64,000 bases of DNA. Origin: an uncultured bacterium. GTDB lineage: Bacteria > Babelota > Babeliae > Babelales > Babelaceae. Both the position numbers and the translations under genes were made by a program. The stretch covers positions 128,001-192,000 of the forward strand of contig CAWFXL010000001.1 in the NCBI GenBank assembly GCA_963819815.1. Direction: 5' to 3'. The notes beneath the pieces are model-generated. The model was given only the letters and a program-made list of their open reading frames with translations, did no database searches and had not been told where the DNA came from. The stretch's first letter is position 1, and each line of letters starts with the position of its first letter. Below are positions 7,644 to 18,405 of this stretch, in pieces.

Positions 7644-8306
7644 ATGCAGCTTCAGGAAAAAATAGTACGCATTATACAGCTTTTAAAAGAGGCAACAAAA
7701 GATATGCCTCCGACCTTAACGACGTCCCTCATAAAAGACTATGGGCGGGACCCGTTTATTATCCTTATTTCGTGTCTTTTGAGCCTCCGTGCAAAAGATA
7801 CAGCCACCTATCCGGTGAGTAAAAAGCTCTTTGAGCGAGTGCGTACGCCTGAGGAGCTGCTTAAGATGCCTGTTAAAGAGCTCGAGGAACTTCTTTATCC
7901 GCTTGGGTTTTATCGTAAGAAGACCGAAACTGTCCGATCGGTTTGCCAAGAGCTTATTAGGAGGTTTAAGGGAAATGTACCGCATACCGAGGAGGAGCTC
8001 CTCTCCTTAAAGGGAGTTGGGCGGAAAACAGCCCAGCTCGTACTTGGTAGTGCCTTCAAAATACCCACTATTTGCGTTGATACCCATGTACATAGGATTG
8101 CCAATAGGCTTGGCTGGATCCAGACGACCCATCCTGATGAAACGGAAAGGGAATTAAAACGGCTCATTCCACAAGAATATTGGCTGGATATTAATACCTA
8201 TCTCGTTATGTGGGGCCAGAATATCTGTGTACCCATCTCACCCAAATGTTCCCAATGTGTTTTGAGTCCCTTATGCCCTAAAATTGGCGTAGGGAAAAGA
8301 AGGTAA
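7644..8306 (+). CDS. nth: Endonuclease III
   Basis: HhH motif LKGVGRKTA, VDTHVHRI and 4Fe-4S motif C-x6-C-x2-C-x5-C. Confidence 0.93.
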   Translation: MQLQEKIVRIIQLLKEATKDMPPTLTTSLIKDYGRDPFIILISCLLSLRAKDTATYPVSKKLFERVRTPEELLKMPVKELEELLYPLGFYRKKTETVRSVCQELIRRFKGNVPHTEEELLSLKGVGRKTAQLVLGSAFKIPTICVDTHVHRIANRLGWIQTTHPDETERELKRLIPQEYWLDINTYLVMWGQNICVPISPKCSQCVLSPLCPKIGVGKRR

Positions 8307-8561
8307 TGGTGCGCCATTGTTGTATCCAATACGAACGTGTGGCTGATGGGATCAGGTCATTTTAATGGGGCAGGATCTTAGGGGGTACTGAGCTCGTTCT
8401 TGACGTTCTTGAGTTACTCGTGTATCTTAAGTAATAGCTTTTACTGGAAATCCTTTTGTTGTTTGATCCAATTCTGACGTAGTCTAGTTGCACTCACAAG
8501 TAGGTAGTACCTAAAAGTATTTTGATACATTTTTCTAACATCTATTTTGTGAGGTTCTTGA

Positions 8562-8909
8562 ATGAAACTATACGTAGGAAACCTTTCCCGCTCTACAACG
8601 GATGATACGGTTCGACAAGCATTTGAACAATTTGGCGAAGTATCGTCAGTTCGAATTCTCTTCGATCGTGAAACCCGCCAATCTCGTGGTTTCGGCTTTG
8701 TCGAAATGCCACAAGATGAGCAAGCGAAAGAAGCTATGGATAAGCTTAATGAAACTGAAATTGAAGGTCGTCGCATTCGTGTAAACGAAGCGCGCGAACC
8801 AGAACGCACCGGCGGAAGCAGTGGTGGTGGCCGTTCGGGTGGTGGTTTCCGCGGTGATCGCGGCGGTGACCGTGGTCCACGTGATGGCGGTTTTAGAAAT
8901 CGTTTCTAA
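8562..8909 (+). CDS. RRM RNA-binding protein with Gly/Arg-rich tail
   Basis: RNP2 KLYVGNL and RNP1 RGFGFVEM. Confidence 0.95.
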   Translation: MKLYVGNLSRSTTDDTVRQAFEQFGEVSSVRILFDRETRQSRGFGFVEMPQDEQAKEAMDKLNETEIEGRRIRVNEAREPERTGGSSGGGRSGGGFRGDRGGDRGPRDGGFRNRF

Positions 8910-8921
8910 GTTTTGAAACAA

Positions 8922-8959
8922 ACAAAAGGGTGGGCCTTAAAACCCACTCTTTTTTGTTG
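8922..8959 (+). terminator. Intrinsic terminator
   Basis: AAAAGGGTGGG...CCCACTCTTTTTT after the RRM gene. Confidence 0.75.
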
Positions 8960-9036
8960 TCTATCTTGTTAGGCTACCCCCCCGTAATCAGTACATTGTA
9001 TCATAAGCCCAGGCAGGAATACCTCTCATGAGCTCG

Positions 9037-9090
9037 ATGAGTTATAGAAACTTGCCTTATAACTCATAAAATGATAAAATATGAGTTATA
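9037..9090 (+). promoter_or_regulatory. Promoter of the Fic gene with three ATGAGTTATA operator-like boxes
   Basis: Boxes at 9037 (+), 9058 (inverted) and 9081 (+) surround TTGCCT-17-TAAAAT. Confidence 0.6.
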
Positions 9091-9101
9091 GAGGATGACC
9101 T

Positions 9102-10199
9102 ATGCAGTGGAACTGGCAGCTGGCTACATGGCCGAATTTTACCTATAACCCTGATAGCATAACTGAGCTTGAAAGAACATTTCTTTTAAGAGCAGGCAGC
9201 AGCTATGCTTTGTTATGCACTACAGGTGAGAAGGATAGAACTCAATTTATAATTGAGATGCTCACTCAAGAAGGATTAGAAAGTTCAAAAATTGAGGGAG
9301 AGCTTCTCGACCGGGAAAGTTTAGTATCATCAATTAAAAAGCACTTTGGGTTGCATGATGATAGTAAGAATCAATCTAATAAAGAGGCGGGGATGGCTGA
9401 GCTTCTCTGTAACGTATATGAGACCTACGATGCACCGCTTAGCCACGAAATGCTTTGGCAATGGCATGGGATGCTCTTTAAAAAAAATTGGTCCAGTCTT
9501 GAAGAATGCGGACAGTATCGGACACATAAAGAGCCGATGCAGATTGTTTCTGGTCATGGTGATGGACGCATCTACTTCGAAGCGCCCCCTTCAAAGAATG
9601 TATACAAAGAAATGACGAGATTTATCGAATGGTATAATGCTTCAGGCACTTCAGAGACTCTTTTAGGACGAGCTGCTCTTGCACATGTGTACTTTGAAAG
9701 TATTCATCCCTTTGAAGATGGAAATGGAAGGATAGGCAGAGTTCTTGTGGAAAAAGTTCTCTCCCAAGGAGCTCAACAACCTCTTTTGATTGCAGTTTCA
9801 AAGTGCATTGAAAAACGCAAAAAGGCCTATTATACAGAACTTGAAAGATGTAATAGGACGGTTGAGGTACAGCACGGGGTTGAGTTTTTTGCCCACATAA
9901 TCCTGCAAGCTCAGCAAGATTCGATGAGGCTTCTCAACTTTTTGATGCAGAAGTCTAAAATGCTTACGGCGCTATCAGGAAAAATCAATCAACGACAAGA
10001 AAAGGTTTTGTTGAGGATGTTTGCAGAAGGGCCCGATGGCTTTCAGGGAGGTTTAAGTGCTGAAAAATATATCTCTATTACAAAAACACCTCGTGCTACG
10101 GCTACTCGCGATTTAGTTGACCTGGTTAGTAGGGGAGCCTTGCTAAAAACTGGTGAATTGCGGTATACCCGCTACTGGCTAAATCTGGCCTATGTATGA
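9102..10199 (+). CDS. Fic family protein (N-terminal DUF4172-like region, C-terminal wHTH)
   Basis: HPFEDGNGRIGR Fic motif; SSKIEGE inhibitory motif; C-terminal TATRDLVDLV helix. Confidence 0.92.
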   Translation: MQWNWQLATWPNFTYNPDSITELERTFLLRAGSSYALLCTTGEKDRTQFIIEMLTQEGLESSKIEGELLDRESLVSSIKKHFGLHDDSKNQSNKEAGMAELLCNVYETYDAPLSHEMLWQWHGMLFKKNWSSLEECGQYRTHKEPMQIVSGHGDGRIYFEAPPSKNVYKEMTRFIEWYNASGTSETLLGRAALAHVYFESIHPFEDGNGRIGRVLVEKVLSQGAQQPLLIAVSKCIEKRKKAYYTELERCNRTVEVQHGVEFFAHIILQAQQDSMRLLNFLMQKSKMLTALSGKINQRQEKVLLRMFAEGPDGFQGGLSAEKYISITKTPRATATRDLVDLVSRGALLKTGELRYTRYWLNLAYV

Positions 10200-10242
10200 G
10201 GGCCGACTTCTCACTAAATCTGTCTGAAAGAAATAAGTGGGC

Positions 10243-12138
10243 TTAATGATCTTCGATTGAAATGGCGCCTTGCATGAGTCTTTGATAGTAGGGTGATTTC
10301 TTTTCAAGAACTGCTCGTGGATAGAAGACAATATCTTTTTCTTTGTCGATCAATGAAAAGTCGAGGATACCCACAGCTTCCTCAATAGTTTTTAAGCGAT
10401 GTGCAATAACGATAGTAAGCGCACTTTGCGCAAGCTCGCTAATCATCTTAGTGATAGCCATTTCACTGACTTCATCAAGACTACTTGTAGGTTCGTCAAT
10501 AAGAATAAGAGCCGGGTTATAATACTTTGCGCGCATATAGAGACTGGCAAAGTTTAAGCGTTGTCGTTGCCCACCTGAGAGGGTAAGTCCTGCTTCACCA
10601 ATGGGGGTTTCAAGTCCCTGCTTTTTCTTAAAGACATCCCAGATTCCTACCTGGGTAAGTATTTCTACGATCTCTTCATGAGTGTAGATAACCTTGTCAT
10701 GAGGTAGTCCTAAGAGCAAGTTTCGGTAGACCGTTCCACTCAAGCTACTTGCAATCTGACCTTGCATACAAATAAGGCTTCGCCGTATTTCGTCATTTAC
10801 GTTATAGACGGGTACTCCATTAACAAGAACATGACCTTTATCAGGTTTTAATTGACCGCCAAGGAGAGAGAGAAAAGTTGTTTTACCTATTCCCGAGGGC
10901 CCGATAATACCATAGAGTTTCTTCGGCTGACTGCGCGGAACCTCTATGAAAAAGGTATGATCATCAAAGATTTTTGCTTGAGGATTATAGTAAAAATGAA
11001 TGTCCTTAGCAGATACCGTAATTATATCCGTTTTTGCAGGTATAACAGGCATAGCCTCTGGAGCTGCAAGTACCGGATAGGTTTGTTTGCCAAACATTTG
11101 GATAAATAGGTAAAGATCATCTATGCGTGTGGTTGCTCGAAGAACTTTTCTAATACGCCTTCCAATCTCTATCACTTCATATGTTCCGTTAATGTAGGTA
11201 TAGAGAACAGCCACCCCTTGCATGACCGTTAATGAGCCATCCTTGATTAATGAGAACACTAACCAGCCAAGTATAAAAATGCTTCCTAAATAAAAAAGTC
11301 GTGAAATGGTCACCGATGCTGCAAAAGCGAGCCATGCCGTTCCTTCGATATCCATGAGATCTTTTGCCTTTTGTTTAGTGAGATCTGCAATTTCATGGGT
11401 AGCAAATGAGGAACGTATAAGCTGTACTTGTGTCAGACTTTCTACAGCAACTGCTTTTAATGAGTCATCCGCATCGATCATATTATTCTCAAAGGAAGCG
11501 CTGGTAAATAAGTTAAGGATTATATTAATGACCGCGATGAACGCTAACAAAATTAAGCAGGTTAATCCAAGCGTACGATCAAGAAAGAAAAAGGTGATGG
11601 TAACACTGAGCACACTTATAATAACCGGTAAGATATCCCATAACATCATATCGATGAAATTTTCATAGGCACGAGCACATCGTTCTACTTTGACAAAGAG
11701 TTTTCCGGTGGATTTTAGGGTATGGTAAAGTGGATCAACCGTAAGGAAATGTTCAATGGCATTGTACAGTATACTGTTCACGCACTGTACTTCTAAAAAT
11801 GCAGCAAAATAAACTGACACGAACTCAAGAACTATAATAAAAAGCCAGAATGCGATCAGATACAGAAAGAGCGTAAAGCTTTCAAGGTGGATGATTTTTT
11901 CAAGCAGCATCGGATAAATTGCATAGAAGCACTGGATCAGTGCAATGCAAAGAACCGAAATAGTGAGAGGCACTTTTTTTTTGCCAATAACACGCAGCCA
12001 GTGCTCACTAAAATCGATGGGAAAGACGCTAGCTTTTTTTCCAAAGTTAGCTAACCTTAGCCAAAAATGATAATAGCTCTCTACTAAATGTTTATACTGA
12101 TTAAACATGGTATTCTCAATAACTGTCACGGTATCCAA
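10243..12138 (-). CDS. ABC exporter, fused permease/ATPase (likely start ATG 12108)
   Basis: TM domain, Walker A GPSGIGKT, LSGGQRQR, ILIDEPTS and IAHRL. Confidence 0.9.
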   Translation of the reverse strand: MDTVTVIENTMFNQYKHLVESYYHFWLRLANFGKKASVFPIDFSEHWLRVIGKKKVPLTISVLCIALIQCFYAIYPMLLEKIIHLESFTLFLYLIAFWLFIIVLEFVSVYFAAFLEVQCVNSILYNAIEHFLTVDPLYHTLKSTGKLFVKVERCARAYENFIDMMLWDILPVIISVLSVTITFFFLDRTLGLTCLILLAFIAVINIILNLFTSASFENNMIDADDSLKAVAVESLTQVQLIRSSFATHEIADLTKQKAKDLMDIEGTAWLAFAASVTISRLFYLGSIFILGWLVFSLIKDGSLTVMQGVAVLYTYINGTYEVIEIGRRIRKVLRATTRIDDLYLFIQMFGKQTYPVLAAPEAMPVIPAKTDIITVSAKDIHFYYNPQAKIFDDHTFFIEVPRSQPKKLYGIIGPSGIGKTTFLSLLGGQLKPDKGHVLVNGVPVYNVNDEIRRSLICMQGQIASSLSGTVYRNLLLGLPHDKVIYTHEEIVEILTQVGIWDVFKKKQGLETPIGEAGLTLSGGQRQRLNFASLYMRAKYYNPALILIDEPTSSLDEVSEMAITKMISELAQSALTIVIAHRLKTIEEAVGILDFSLIDKEKDIVFYPRAVLEKKSPYYQRLMQGAISIEDH

Positions 12139-12200
12139 TATTAGCTATAGTAGTATATAGTTGATAAATATACAAGAGATGATGCAAGAAAGTACAGAAG

Positions 12201-12983
12201 ATGTGGAAGATTGAATCTTATAAAGCCTCATGGAGAGAGTCTCTTGAAATCTTTAGGAAAGACATAGGACTTCTCCTCTTAGTTTCATTGCGCACTCTTA
12301 TGTCTGTATACCGATCTTTACTCCATGCATGGTTCTTACCTATAACCCTCTTAGTGGGACTTGTGCTTTCTCTACCCCTGTTACTCGGATCATTTTATGC
12401 GGTGCTTATTGCTCGTGCAGCACGTCCTTCTATGGAACCGAAAAATAGTACCTATTGGCAGCGGCTCATTTTTGTAGATTGGTACCTCTTTTTTGGGGTG
12501 CTCATTCTTGAGAGTAAGTCATCTTATCTTGCTGCACAAGCACAGAATTCTTTGGGTTTTAAAATACTCTGGTATGTGTATGACGGTCTATCGCGACTTT
12601 TTTTTGTATCAGGAAAATTCTGGTTACCGGGCACCGAGGCGTTGGGGACTATGCTTATGTTTCTTTCACCTTTTATTATCCTTGTAGTCCTCTTTATGCT
12701 TGATTCGGAGAAAACTATTACGGCTTCATTGCAAGCGGTAGGGAGGGCGTTCCTTATGCTTGCCTATAATTATCCATTTTTCTTGTTACTCTATGCTTTT
12801 TTCAGGCTAATACTCTCGGCTGGATATCTTGTATCTATGCTACTTGATCCTTATATTCCCCAGTGCGGCCTATTTGGTTGGTTCTTCTTTCTCTTAGTAC
12901 TCTATCCTTATTGGGTTTGTGTGATAACAAACTTTTATGTAAAGCGTCTTCATGAGCAACTCTCTTGGTACTACTGGCGCTAA
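12201..12983 (+). CDS. Hypothetical integral membrane protein
   Basis: 260-aa ORF with several hydrophobic segments. Confidence 0.7.
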   Translation: MWKIESYKASWRESLEIFRKDIGLLLLVSLRTLMSVYRSLLHAWFLPITLLVGLVLSLPLLLGSFYAVLIARAARPSMEPKNSTYWQRLIFVDWYLFFGVLILESKSSYLAAQAQNSLGFKILWYVYDGLSRLFFVSGKFWLPGTEALGTMLMFLSPFIILVVLFMLDSEKTITASLQAVGRAFLMLAYNYPFFLLLYAFFRLILSAGYLVSMLLDPYIPQCGLFGWFFFLLVLYPYWVCVITNFYVKRLHEQLSWYYWR

Positions 12984-13087
12984 CGCACTGCCTTGTGATT
13001 TGCTATTATTCGGTTTCTTTGGTACATCTAAGAACATAGCTCAAATCATACCATGGCGTACATGATGCCATCTACGAGGTACCAATA

Positions 13088-15031
13088 ATGCAGGTTCTTG
13101 TTTCCCGTAAAGTTTTTTTCTTTGCACCCTTGGTGACTATCCTTTTTCTTGTCCCAAGCAGATTACTGTATGCACAAGAGAGTATTCCAACTATTATTCC
13201 GGCAGTCATCCAAGGAGGCTGCAGTGTCTGCGGAACTACTTCTTGTATTAATTGTCCCAAATTCTCAGGAGTAACCCGTGCTGTAAGTGACCAGGTATCA
13301 GTAGGCTGTGGTGCCTGTAAGGACAATGGAGAATTTTGCAATGACACAGCTTGTGCCTGTTTTATTGATCCCAGAGCGTCACGGGGTGTGTGCCGTGGTC
13401 GGACTGATTGTAGTATGAGAGAGCTACCCCCTTATTCAGCATTTATTCCTCGATCACAAGGTACCAACACTGCGCGAGAATTAGCAGGCTGGGAAGAGTT
13501 TATTCATCAGTTTGATGTAGGAGAGTATTACCTTACGACCGGCCACGTTCTTGGCTATTATCATTCGTTTAGACCTGAGAGGATTGCACGAGAGCTTTTT
13601 GGAGAGACTGTGCTTCGGTTTGCCGGAAGTCAGGTTCCTAACAGAGGTTGCTGTGAGTTGCTTGCTGATAATTTTGGGTTGTCAGATACTTTGCGTGGTG
13701 TCGTGACCATCGAGCCTACTATTGAAAATATCGTCTTTGATAACCAATTCTTCATAGGACTTGATCCCCTTGTGTGTGGGTTGTATGCCCGTGTACATCT
13801 GCCGATAGTGCATACTCGCTGGAATCTTAATCTCTGTCAAAAAATAGAAAGTGCGCAGCCTTGTCCTGACTTCCCTGCATGCTATATGGCAGACGAAGCG
13901 GTACCTGCTCAGTGTGATATTATTAAGGCACTGAGTGGACAGCATACCTTTGGCGACATGCAAACTCCCTGGGCGTATGGACGCATAAAAAATGGCCCTC
14001 AAACAAAGACCGGACTTGCTGATATAGATCTTATTGTTGGGTATGACTTTAGGCAAACTGATACTTCCCATTTAGGATTCTATGCGCAAGCAGTACTGCC
14101 TACCGGGACAAAGTTTACGGCACGAGAACTTTTTCAGCCTCTTGTGGGTAATGCCCATCATTTTGAGTTGGGAGTTGGGGTGAGCAGCCATTGGATTCTT
14201 TTAGAGAGCGACGCTCACAGTAACCTTGCCCTGTACCTCGAGGGTAATGTCGTTCATATGTTTAAAAATACTCAGATGCGCACCTTTGATTTTTGTAATA
14301 ATGGCCCTCTAAGTCGATATATGTTGCTTAAAGAGCTTACTGAAGAAGATGGTCAATTTACCTATGCAGGCTCGCTTATTAATGCCGTTAACTTTGCTAC
14401 TCGCCCAGCATCAGTAAGCATAGCAGCGAAGGGTGATGTAAGTGCTAAGCTTGCTGTTCGGACTCCCCATATTATTGTTGATATCGGCTATAACTTTTAT
14501 GGACGTACGAAAGAAAATGTGCATATTAATTCGTGCTCAGATGAACGTATCTATGCTATAAAAGGTACGGAGGGCGTATGTGGCCTTGAATATATGACAG
14601 ATGGTATGCAGTTTGGTTCCTTTGTGGGGGATGTCCCTCTTAACTCATCGCAAAGCCATGCAACGATTAGACGTGGAGCCCACACTGATAATGCTCAACC
14701 TGCACCTCAGGTGAGTCCGTCAGATATTGTGGTTACCGCTTTTAGTCGGCAAGAAGGCTCAATTGAAGGGCCTGACGTCAAGAAAGCATTTATTTCAGCC
14801 CCTCCAAAACTAGTGACTGTGCATGACCTTCATAAGGCAAGCGGAACTTCTCCATCGCAAGCAACCCATAAGGTATTTGGGTACCTCGGGTACAATTTCT
14901 ATGATTGTGACTGGTGTGCAACCCCGTATCTTGGTATTGGTGGTGAAGTTGAGTTTGATGCGCTCTTTCGTGAGGATCGTTCTTCTTTAAACCAATGGTC
15001 AGTCTGGGTTAAGGGTGGGTTTGAATTCTAA
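13088..15031 (+). CDS. Secreted Cys-rich protein, putative outer-membrane beta-barrel
   Basis: Signal peptide, Cys-rich N-terminus, amphipathic strands and C-terminal Phe (WVKGGFEF); paralog of 25113..26594. Confidence 0.7.
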   Translation: MQVLVSRKVFFFAPLVTILFLVPSRLLYAQESIPTIIPAVIQGGCSVCGTTSCINCPKFSGVTRAVSDQVSVGCGACKDNGEFCNDTACACFIDPRASRGVCRGRTDCSMRELPPYSAFIPRSQGTNTARELAGWEEFIHQFDVGEYYLTTGHVLGYYHSFRPERIARELFGETVLRFAGSQVPNRGCCELLADNFGLSDTLRGVVTIEPTIENIVFDNQFFIGLDPLVCGLYARVHLPIVHTRWNLNLCQKIESAQPCPDFPACYMADEAVPAQCDIIKALSGQHTFGDMQTPWAYGRIKNGPQTKTGLADIDLIVGYDFRQTDTSHLGFYAQAVLPTGTKFTARELFQPLVGNAHHFELGVGVSSHWILLESDAHSNLALYLEGNVVHMFKNTQMRTFDFCNNGPLSRYMLLKELTEEDGQFTYAGSLINAVNFATRPASVSIAAKGDVSAKLAVRTPHIIVDIGYNFYGRTKENVHINSCSDERIYAIKGTEGVCGLEYMTDGMQFGSFVGDVPLNSSQSHATIRRGAHTDNAQPAPQVSPSDIVVTAFSRQEGSIEGPDVKKAFISAPPKLVTVHDLHKASGTSPSQATHKVFGYLGYNFYDCDWCATPYLGIGGEVEFDALFREDRSSLNQWSVWVKGGFEF

Positions 15032-15807
15032 ACTATCCTGTAACCAGCAAAATATTCTTTGAAGTAGGTTCGAAAGTCCCACTTTTGAGGTTTATGCTGA
15101 TGAAGATAGTTTCCTGCTTCTTCTAAAGTACGTTGTACCTTTGCAGGATCGCGTTCTTGATCTAAAAGACGCTTCATCTCTTTAAAGAGAAGCTTTAAGG
15201 CGCCTTCAGTAAAGTCGGTTGCTGGGTTATGTCCATAGCCAAGAAGTCGTAAATATCCTTTAACTTCAAGATCGGCATCATAGTTCGATTCTGTATCGAT
15301 GATACAGAGCTTACCATCTTTTACGTGCAAGTAGTTGTCATGGGTTAGACTAATGTATTTAGTTTCTCGAATGAGTATAATAAGCTGGCGCATCTGCTCT
15401 TCAGTGACTTGATGAGAACCTTGGGGATGTACCTTTTTTACGACGACACAATAGTTTACGTTATTGACCAGGCGTGGGCGTCCTTTGAGATGATAGATGC
15501 GCTTGTCAGGTAGGGTGATAAGATCGAGATGATTGATATCGATAACCTGCTGCATAAGTTCCATGCCCCAGATTCTACTGAGTCCAAACTTTACAAAGTA
15601 ATCTGGAAGGTCATCAAACGTCCAGACCCCATGTTGACCGCCATGCTTATCGACGTTCTTTAGCTTGGTAAATAGGGAGCTACTATGCCGATCAAGAATC
15701 TTAGCAACCTGCTGATCAACCAGGTACTGCTCTATATGATCAAGGACAGTGTAGGCTTGAGCGATCTGAGATGAAATGAGTAGTAGGCTCAGGGCACAGC
15801 ATTTCAT
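15028..15807 (-). CDS. Secreted kinase-fold-like protein, type A
   Basis: Signal peptide; HGVW.F..LP.Y.VK and NY...DGK.CIIDTE family motifs. Confidence 0.7.
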   Translation of the reverse strand: MKCCALSLLLISSQIAQAYTVLDHIEQYLVDQQVAKILDRHSSSLFTKLKNVDKHGGQHGVWTFDDLPDYFVKFGLSRIWGMELMQQVIDINHLDLITLPDKRIYHLKGRPRLVNNVNYCVVVKKVHPQGSHQVTEEQMRQLIILIRETKYISLTHDNYLHVKDGKLCIIDTESNYDADLEVKGYLRLLGYGHNPATDFTEGALKLLFKEMKRLLDQERDPAKVQRTLEEAGNYLHQHKPQKWDFRTYFKEYFAGYRIV

Positions 15808-16652
15808 TTGGTTCCTTTATCTCTTTTTTTAAGATAGTACCGCGTATATTCTGCAAGCTCTTTGATTATCTTTTCCCGAACCTTAGCATTTTGGCGCCTT
15901 ACGTAGAGGTCAAGATCAGAGAGGCATTTGTCTCGTCGCTTATCATCGGTCTCTAGTACAAGCTGCTCAGCAATTTTATCAAGAATATAGGCAAGAGCTT
16001 CTGCCGTGTAGTAGTGCGAAAGGTTGCGATCTAACAATCTTACAAAGCCGGTATTAGGCTTATCGCGATTGAAGCTACCATCAGTGTCTATAAAGGAGAT
16101 TCTTCGGTCTGATAATCTGAGAAAATTAGGCTCGAAGGTGCTTAAATGGCCCGTTTTTTCGATAAGCATAATAAATTGTTGTACCTGCTCAAGGTCCATG
16201 GGAATAAGATACTCATCTTTAGAATCATGTACCTTTTTACAAACAACCACGTAGTTGAGGCTCGTAAATTCAGTAGGTCTTTCCTTAAGGTGATACAGAT
16301 ATTTTTCTGGAGTATGGAGAAGATGCAGATTTTCCTCTTGAATGCATAGGGAGATTCGCTCACGCTTTACCATCCTCGAGACGTTATACTTAACATAATA
16401 ACCGGGTAACCATTTGAAAGTCCAAACCCCATGCTTTTGACGCTCCGTAGCATGGACCGCATCGACAAGACGTGCTAATTCCTTGCTATGTTGATCAAGT
16501 ATTGCTGCAAGTTTTTCACTTACCCTATGCTGTTCAATAAATGTTTCATCAACTTCGAGCGAGCCAACTAAGCCTCCATGTAGTAGTGCTGCATGAACGA
16601 CTAATGACCCGCAGAATAAGCTCCTGCGGAGCTTTTGCTTCATCGAATTCAT
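15804..16652 (-). CDS. Secreted kinase-fold-like protein, type B
   Basis: YYVKYN; GHLSTFEPNF...FIDTDG. Confidence 0.7.
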   Translation of the reverse strand: MNSMKQKLRRSLFCGSLVVHAALLHGGLVGSLEVDETFIEQHRVSEKLAAILDQHSKELARLVDAVHATERQKHGVWTFKWLPGYYVKYNVSRMVKRERISLCIQEENLHLLHTPEKYLYHLKERPTEFTSLNYVVVCKKVHDSKDEYLIPMDLEQVQQFIMLIEKTGHLSTFEPNFLRLSDRRISFIDTDGSFNRDKPNTGFVRLLDRNLSHYYTAEALAYILDKIAEQLVLETDDKRRDKCLSDLDLYVRRQNAKVREKIIKELAEYTRYYLKKRDKGTK

Positions 16653-16759
16653 GTCCCCCTCTTTCGATGTTCTGGTCTTAACCCTTATTATTATAGCAAT
16701 TTAGCTTTTAGTTTTTCAATATTATTATAAAAATGCACATTTGAATTTTAATATTCGGA

Positions 16760-17569
16760 TTATCGTACCTTGGCACGACCCATAAGGTCCCTAAAGTACT
16801 GTGCAAAATAGGTCCTATAGTCCCACGAGGGTGGAGTCTCTTTCTCATCTATGTACTGTTGGATCTCCTCAAGCGTAGCTCTGATCTCTGAAGGGTTCTG
16901 TTCAAGCAACTGCCTCACCTCCAAAAAGACGATCTGCAAGGCTTCCTTGGAAAGATCTTTGGTAAAGTCATGCGTTCTTATTAAGCGTAGGAACCCCTTC
17001 AGAAGATGGTCAGACTCATAGCGGGATTCGGTATCGATAAAACAGAACTTTCCATCTTTTGTACGTATATAATTAGGGCCTTTTCGATTGCGAGGTCCTG
17101 CCATACTTATATAGCCGGTTTCATGCATAAGCCTGCACAGCTGTTTCATCTCTTTTCCCGTTATGGGCGGTAGTTTGCGTGCAGCATGAACTTTTTGGAT
17201 CACAATGGCATAGTTCCGGTTAGAAAGGGTGGTAGGGGTACCCTTTACGTGGTATACCCGCTTATCGGCAACGGTCAGGGACCTCAAATGGCAGCGCTCC
17301 ATTGCCTCTTTCATTTTTTCCATACCAACTATTCTCGCAATACCATACTTAATGTAATAGTCCGGGAGCCAGTCGAATTGCCATACGCCATGTTTCTTTG
17401 AACCGGAATCTACCTCCAAGAGTTTTTGAGCGACGATGTCGCTGTGTTCATCAAGGACTTCTGCGATTTTTTGATCTACGAGATACCGTTCGACTTGAAT
17501 TTTTTGTGCACAAAGAGGTAAGCAGAGGGCGCTCGCCGCCAGAAAAAGCTGTATTCGTATACCTATCAT
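16760..17569 (-). CDS. Secreted kinase-fold-like protein, type A
   Basis: YYIKYG; NYIRTKDGKFCFIDTE. Confidence 0.7.
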   Translation of the reverse strand: MIGIRIQLFLAASALCLPLCAQKIQVERYLVDQKIAEVLDEHSDIVAQKLLEVDSGSKKHGVWQFDWLPDYYIKYGIARIVGMEKMKEAMERCHLRSLTVADKRVYHVKGTPTTLSNRNYAIVIQKVHAARKLPPITGKEMKQLCRLMHETGYISMAGPRNRKGPNYIRTKDGKFCFIDTESRYESDHLLKGFLRLIRTHDFTKDLSKEALQIVFLEVRQLLEQNPSEIRATLEEIQQYIDEKETPPSWDYRTYFAQYFRDLMGRAKVR

Positions 17570-18405
17570 GGGCGCTCCTTTATGGTAGGCTTACGTACTT
17601 TAAGTACCTTGAGAGTTTTCTTGTGTGCCTTACGCCGCTCCTTAAGTAAGGTAGAGAGTTTTCGAGCAAGGGACTTTTCTTGATCTTCAAGCATGGTGGC
17701 AATCCGATTGAGTGCCGTCTGGAGATCTTGTCCGTGGAGAAGCACCAGATGCGCTGCAAGGCGATCTACGATATATAAGAGTGCTTTTGAAGAATAATAT
17801 GATGAGAGGTCGCGATTGAGAAGATCGATAATTCCTCGGATCGGATTTGCTTTATTAAACGTACCATCAGTATCAATAAAAGAGATTCTTCCATCACTAA
17901 GTCTCAGATAATTATGAGCAAACGTGCTGCAATGACCGGTTTTCTCAATAAGAGTAATAAACTGCTTAACCTGCTCAAGACTCATGGGCTCGGTATCTGC
18001 AGCAGGATCTGCAGTGAGCTCTTCAACGATGATGACATAATTAAGATTAGTTAGATTATAGGGCCGTCCTTCAATATGATGGAGATACTTTTGCGGGACA
18101 TGTAACAGATTAAGACCATAGTCTTTGATGCACTTTGCAAGGACCTCCCTCATAAGAAGGCGCTTCGTATTGTACTTTACATAATAGTTGGGGAGCCAAT
18201 CAAATTGCCATACGCCATGTTTTTGATAGGGTGTACGATTAGTCTTTTGTGTAAGAGCTTCAAGGAGCTCGCTATGCTCATCGAGTATGACGCTTATCCT
18301 ATCATCCACAAGGTGAGTTTGAATAAACAGCTCCTCTTTTCTTGCTAACAGAAGAGTACAGGAAAAAAGGGCCGAGCTAACCAGGATGGCATCTCTTAGT
18401 ATCAT
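17566..18405 (-). CDS. Secreted kinase-fold-like protein, type B
   Basis: YYVKYN; GHCSTFAHNY...FIDTDG. Confidence 0.7.
   Translation of the reverse strand: MILRDAILVSSALFSCTLLLARKEELFIQTHLVDDRISVILDEHSELLEALTQKTNRTPYQKHGVWQFDWLPNYYVKYNTKRLLMREVLAKCIKDYGLNLLHVPQKYLHHIEGRPYNLTNLNYVIIVEELTADPAADTEPMSLEQVKQFITLIEKTGHCSTFAHNYLRLSDGRISFIDTDGTFNKANPIRGIIDLLNRDLSSYYSSKALLYIVDRLAAHLVLLHGQDLQTALNRIATMLEDQEKSLARKLSTLLKERRKAHKKTLKVLKVRKPTIKERP

Noticed and set aside
10243..12138. ABC exporter as a dedicated peptide transporter
   Set aside because: No C39 peptidase domain, the peptides lack a double-Gly leader, and unrelated genes intervene.
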